Assembly: GCF_009914755.1 (NCBI RefSeq)
Contig: NC_060930.1
Direction: 5' to 3' (one strand)
Length of the DNA stretch: 64,000 nt
Source of the DNA: the human T2T-CHM13v2.0 reference genome, Homo sapiens
In this document: positions 60,295 through 64,000 of the stretch, one piece after another
Numbering within the stretch: the stretch's first letter is position 1
How the letters are laid out: the number at the start of each line of letters is the position of its first letter
Program-made: the position numbers and the translations under genes
The notes under the pieces: model-generated
What the model was told of the DNA's origin: nothing
The model's database searches: none
What the model saw: only the letters and a program-made list of their open reading frames with translations

Positions 60295-61784
60295 AACAAT
60301 TCTTAAGTTATCCTTCTCCTTAAAATAATATTCCTGTCATCCCCTCAAGTAAATTCACTCAACATGAACATGGGACCAATGGCACAGAAGGTACAATAGG
60401 CTGGCTCTGCAATGGTGGCACCATAATTCCATTTCTAGCAATTCCACTGCTGCATGACCTGTAACACACTTATAAATACTAAAATAAAATTCAGAGAAGC
60501 AAAAAGTTTTTCCCCACTATCACTAAAAAGTGGCACTGGAGATACAGTATTTAATGAGTACATACTATATGTGCTAGATGGTTTCACTAAATTTCATTTC
60601 ATTTAATCTTTACAATTCAGTAAGACAGGAATTATTACTCCATTGTGAAATATAAGAAAGCTAAGGCTAGGAAATAGTATATAACTGACCTGAGGTTAAA
60701 CAGTTAATAAACAGCAGAGCCAGAACAGAAAAGTCAGATCTGTCTACCTTTGAGGCTAATCTTTTTGCCACAATACCACACGCTGTTCTCAGGCTCCTGC
60801 CAGAAGTGGGTTGTGTTTTCTGCAGTCAAAGTGGATCAATTCTTGCCACTCTCCTGCCCCACTTATTAATCAATAAGTATGTAATTAAGATGAAACCTAG
60901 TGTTTAATCTCGCCAAACTTCCTTGGTAAAGGATGTAAGAAACATGTAAACTAATAAGCATGATGTACTTTTCTATCTTCAACTCCTCTCATTTATCGTT
61001 TGTCTTATTATTAACAGACTATTGTGGTGAAGCTCCTTCCACTTGCCAACAATAACATCTGATATTAATAAAATAGAATTATAAAGCAATAAATTAGCAT
61101 AATGCTTATAAACATAATTGACTTAAATATAATTGTACAAGTCTTTGTTTAAAATTCATTTAAAAAATATTTTCAAAATTGATAGTTTTTAGTTACTACA
61201 AAACGGTTAAAAAAACTGATACCACACTGTGCTATTTAGTACTGTACACATGATGTTTTTTTTTTAATTCCCACTGAATTAAAAAACCTAGGTTAAATAA
61301 CTGAAAACTCCTTCAATACAACCTCTCCAAAACAATTTCAAATTAAGTAGTTCAGCTTTTAGATTCTGAATTCTTCCCCCACTGCTCCACAAAATTTTAA
61401 AGGAAACTAGGTATAATTCTGACAGTATAGCTGTTGACATATTAAAATTTGTTTTTTAACACAAACATCTTAATTTATTTACTGTTATCTGTATTTTCAC
61501 TTTCAAGTTTAATGGTGGCTCTAAGACATTTGTTAAAATGTAACAATATTTTGAAACTAAATGTTGATTTTTATTTCTGTTACATATGAGAACTGCCTGT
61601 GTATTTCTCTATTATTTGATGGCATAAATTTATATTTAAGTGATAAGCAGTTGAGTTATCTGAAAAACAAATTTTGGCTATAAATTATGTATTTGAAAGC
61701 ATGACCATAAAATATTTTTCACCACTAACAATGATTTTATTTCAAGAATTCCATGAGGTGTAATTAATGTATTGATACATGCAC

Positions 61785-62400
61785 ATGTTTCAAAGGATAC
61801 CACCAAGAAAGACAACCTAAAGAAGGGGAGAAAATATTTGCAAATCATATATTTGATAAAGGATTTAGATCCAGAATATACACAGAATTCCAACAAGTCA
61901 AAAATAAAAACACGAATAATACAAATTATAAATGGGCTAAGGAATTAAATAGACATTTCTCCAAAGGAGATATTCAAATGGCCTGTAAGCACATGAAAAC
62001 ATACTCAACATCATTAGCCATCAGGGAGATATAAATACATGCTATATGAATGAACCTTGAAAACATTATGCTAAAAGAAGCCAGTCACAAAAGACCACAT
62101 ACTGTACTATTCATTCATATGAAATATCCATACAGACAGATCCATACAGACAAATCCATAGAGGCAAATCCATACAGACAGAAAGATCAGTGATTGCTAG
62201 GGGTTGAGCTGAAGGGGAAACAGAGTGACTGCTAATGAGTACAGGGCTTCTTTCTGGAGTGATACAAATACTCTAAAATTGATTGTGGTGACGGTTGCAT
62301 AACTTGAATATACTAAAAAACACTGAATTGTACACTTCAACTTTAAATGGGTGAACTGCAAGGTATACGTAGGTTGTGAAATATATCTTAATAAAGCTAT
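61785..62400 (+). mobile_element. L1MB/MC-type 3' fragment with a 14-bp internal tandem repeat
   Basis: 'gagaaaatatttgcaaatcatat', 'gaaccttgaaaacattatgcta'; (atccatacagacaN)x4 at ~62126-62181. Confidence 0.8.
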
Positions 62401-62611
62401 TTTTTAAGTATTATTTCCTTTTCTTCTTGTATCCAGAGCTCTGAGTTTACATTTTACAAGTGGTACAAATCTAGTATGCCAAGTATTTGCCTCTCCTTAT
62501 TTACACATTGGATTATTTCAAAAGTAGCTGGTTCCATCACTAAGACATCTATCATTACATTATATTTTTGTTCTTTCCACTGACATCCTTTAGTATTTTT
62601 ATTGTTAAAGT

Positions 62612-62679
62612 TTAGATCTATTATATAATTTGCATTTATACTAAAAATTAGATCTATCATATAATTTGTGTTTATACTA
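62612..62679. repeat. 36-bp tandem duplication
   Basis: ttagatctat(t/c)atataatttg(ca/tg)tttatacta x2. Confidence 0.85.
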
Positions 62680-63055
62680 TTTAATGCAACAAAAATATTT
62701 TGAAGAGAGTGTAAGAAATTCCATTAAACAATTCTCTGTGGTAGGTAAGTGCAAATTATGTTCTTAGTATTGCATTTCTTTTTGTGAAACAAACAAAAAG
62801 ATGCATTTGGGAAACGTCGGCATTCAATGTATTCTATCAAGGCATAAAACATGATTTTACCACCGAAGTTTCTACAATTATTTTAGCCTATCTGATTATT
62901 CCTGATTTAATATCTTGGTATAGAATGTTTACACCCTACATACTGGCAATTTGTTTTTGAAATGTTCATTTAAAGTAGGAAGTTGCATTCAGTTAAATAA
63001 CTAATAAGACTTTAGCAATATGCACATACAAAAGCATATTAAAAGCAGTTACATA

Positions 63056-63356
<301 letters not shown>

Positions 63357-63760
63357 CAGTTACATTCTTGTAGAATCAAACCTAAAGATTTCAGGTAATT
63401 TTCTAATAATTTTTATTTCTAAGACAAAAGTATACAAATAAATTATAAGGGAGAAATGAAAAGAGAAAGATAATGAAGAGAATGGAGGAAAATGTCTGGT
63501 TAAAATGACTTCTTTATGCAAAAAAATTAGGAGCTGTTTAGTGTACAAAAAGAAGAGATTTAAAACAGAGTAGAAAAGAAAAGCCCGGAGAATCATACTG
63601 ATGGCATTTTTAGATAATTCACTGATTTATTACAATATGTACACCAAAGGACATGGGTATGATCTGTAATAAATTCATGATTAATACTGTTAAGTATATC
63701 ATTCATCTCATCTAACTTAAAATATATACGTAGAAGAAAATACAATATTAATAAGCTTAC

Positions 63761-63895
63761 ATTCTTCTTCCTTTGGATCAAGCTGTGTAACACTAACAGA
63801 TAAACGGTCCACACGTTCTTGCAATGAGTTGACTCTGAAGGAAAAACTATGTGCTTCATTGAATAATTCTCCAAATATATCTTCAGCATATTTAC
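63761..63895 (-). CDS. WASF1: WASF1 coding exon c.134-268 (aa 45-90, WHD/SHD domain)
   Basis: Translates (S)[44 protein letters not shown](L); acceptor ttag at 63899-63896, donor gtaag from 63760; 135 bp, phase 1/1. Confidence 0.98.
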
Positions 63896-64000
63896 CTAAG
63901 CAAAAATGACACATATATCATAAAATTTAACATCCAGAGCACTGAGTTTTTATCTTTGCAAGCAGTAGAAATCTAGCATGATATTTGCCCTCAGATACTT

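Overview
Primate (almost certainly human) genomic DNA. The right part (~50.2-64 kb) holds the 3' portion of WASF1 (WAVE1/SCAR1, human 6q21 from prior knowledge) on the minus strand. Seven coding exons have canonical GT-AG junctions and phases that join into residues 45-559 (c.134-1680, TAA at 50955-50957), followed by a ~0.7-kb 3' UTR with several AATAAA signals. The first coding exon and promoter lie beyond the window. The left ~50 kb is repeat-rich intergenic sequence (Alu, L1, L2, MIR, MaLR/ERVL LTRs, DNA transposon fossils), and none of its ORFs looks like a real gene. I found no convincing new gene system. The most notable unexplained pattern is a set of local copy events: three non-tandem direct duplications within 11.4-18.2 kb (one with an apparent gene-conversion tract), a perfect 165-bp tandem duplication, an inverted templated insertion and fold-back insertions. 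WASF1 also shows splicing features worth testing: a NAGNAG acceptor, a tandem GTAG donor and inverted Alus around exons. Repeat subfamily names come from recalled consensus sequences and their boundaries are approximate.
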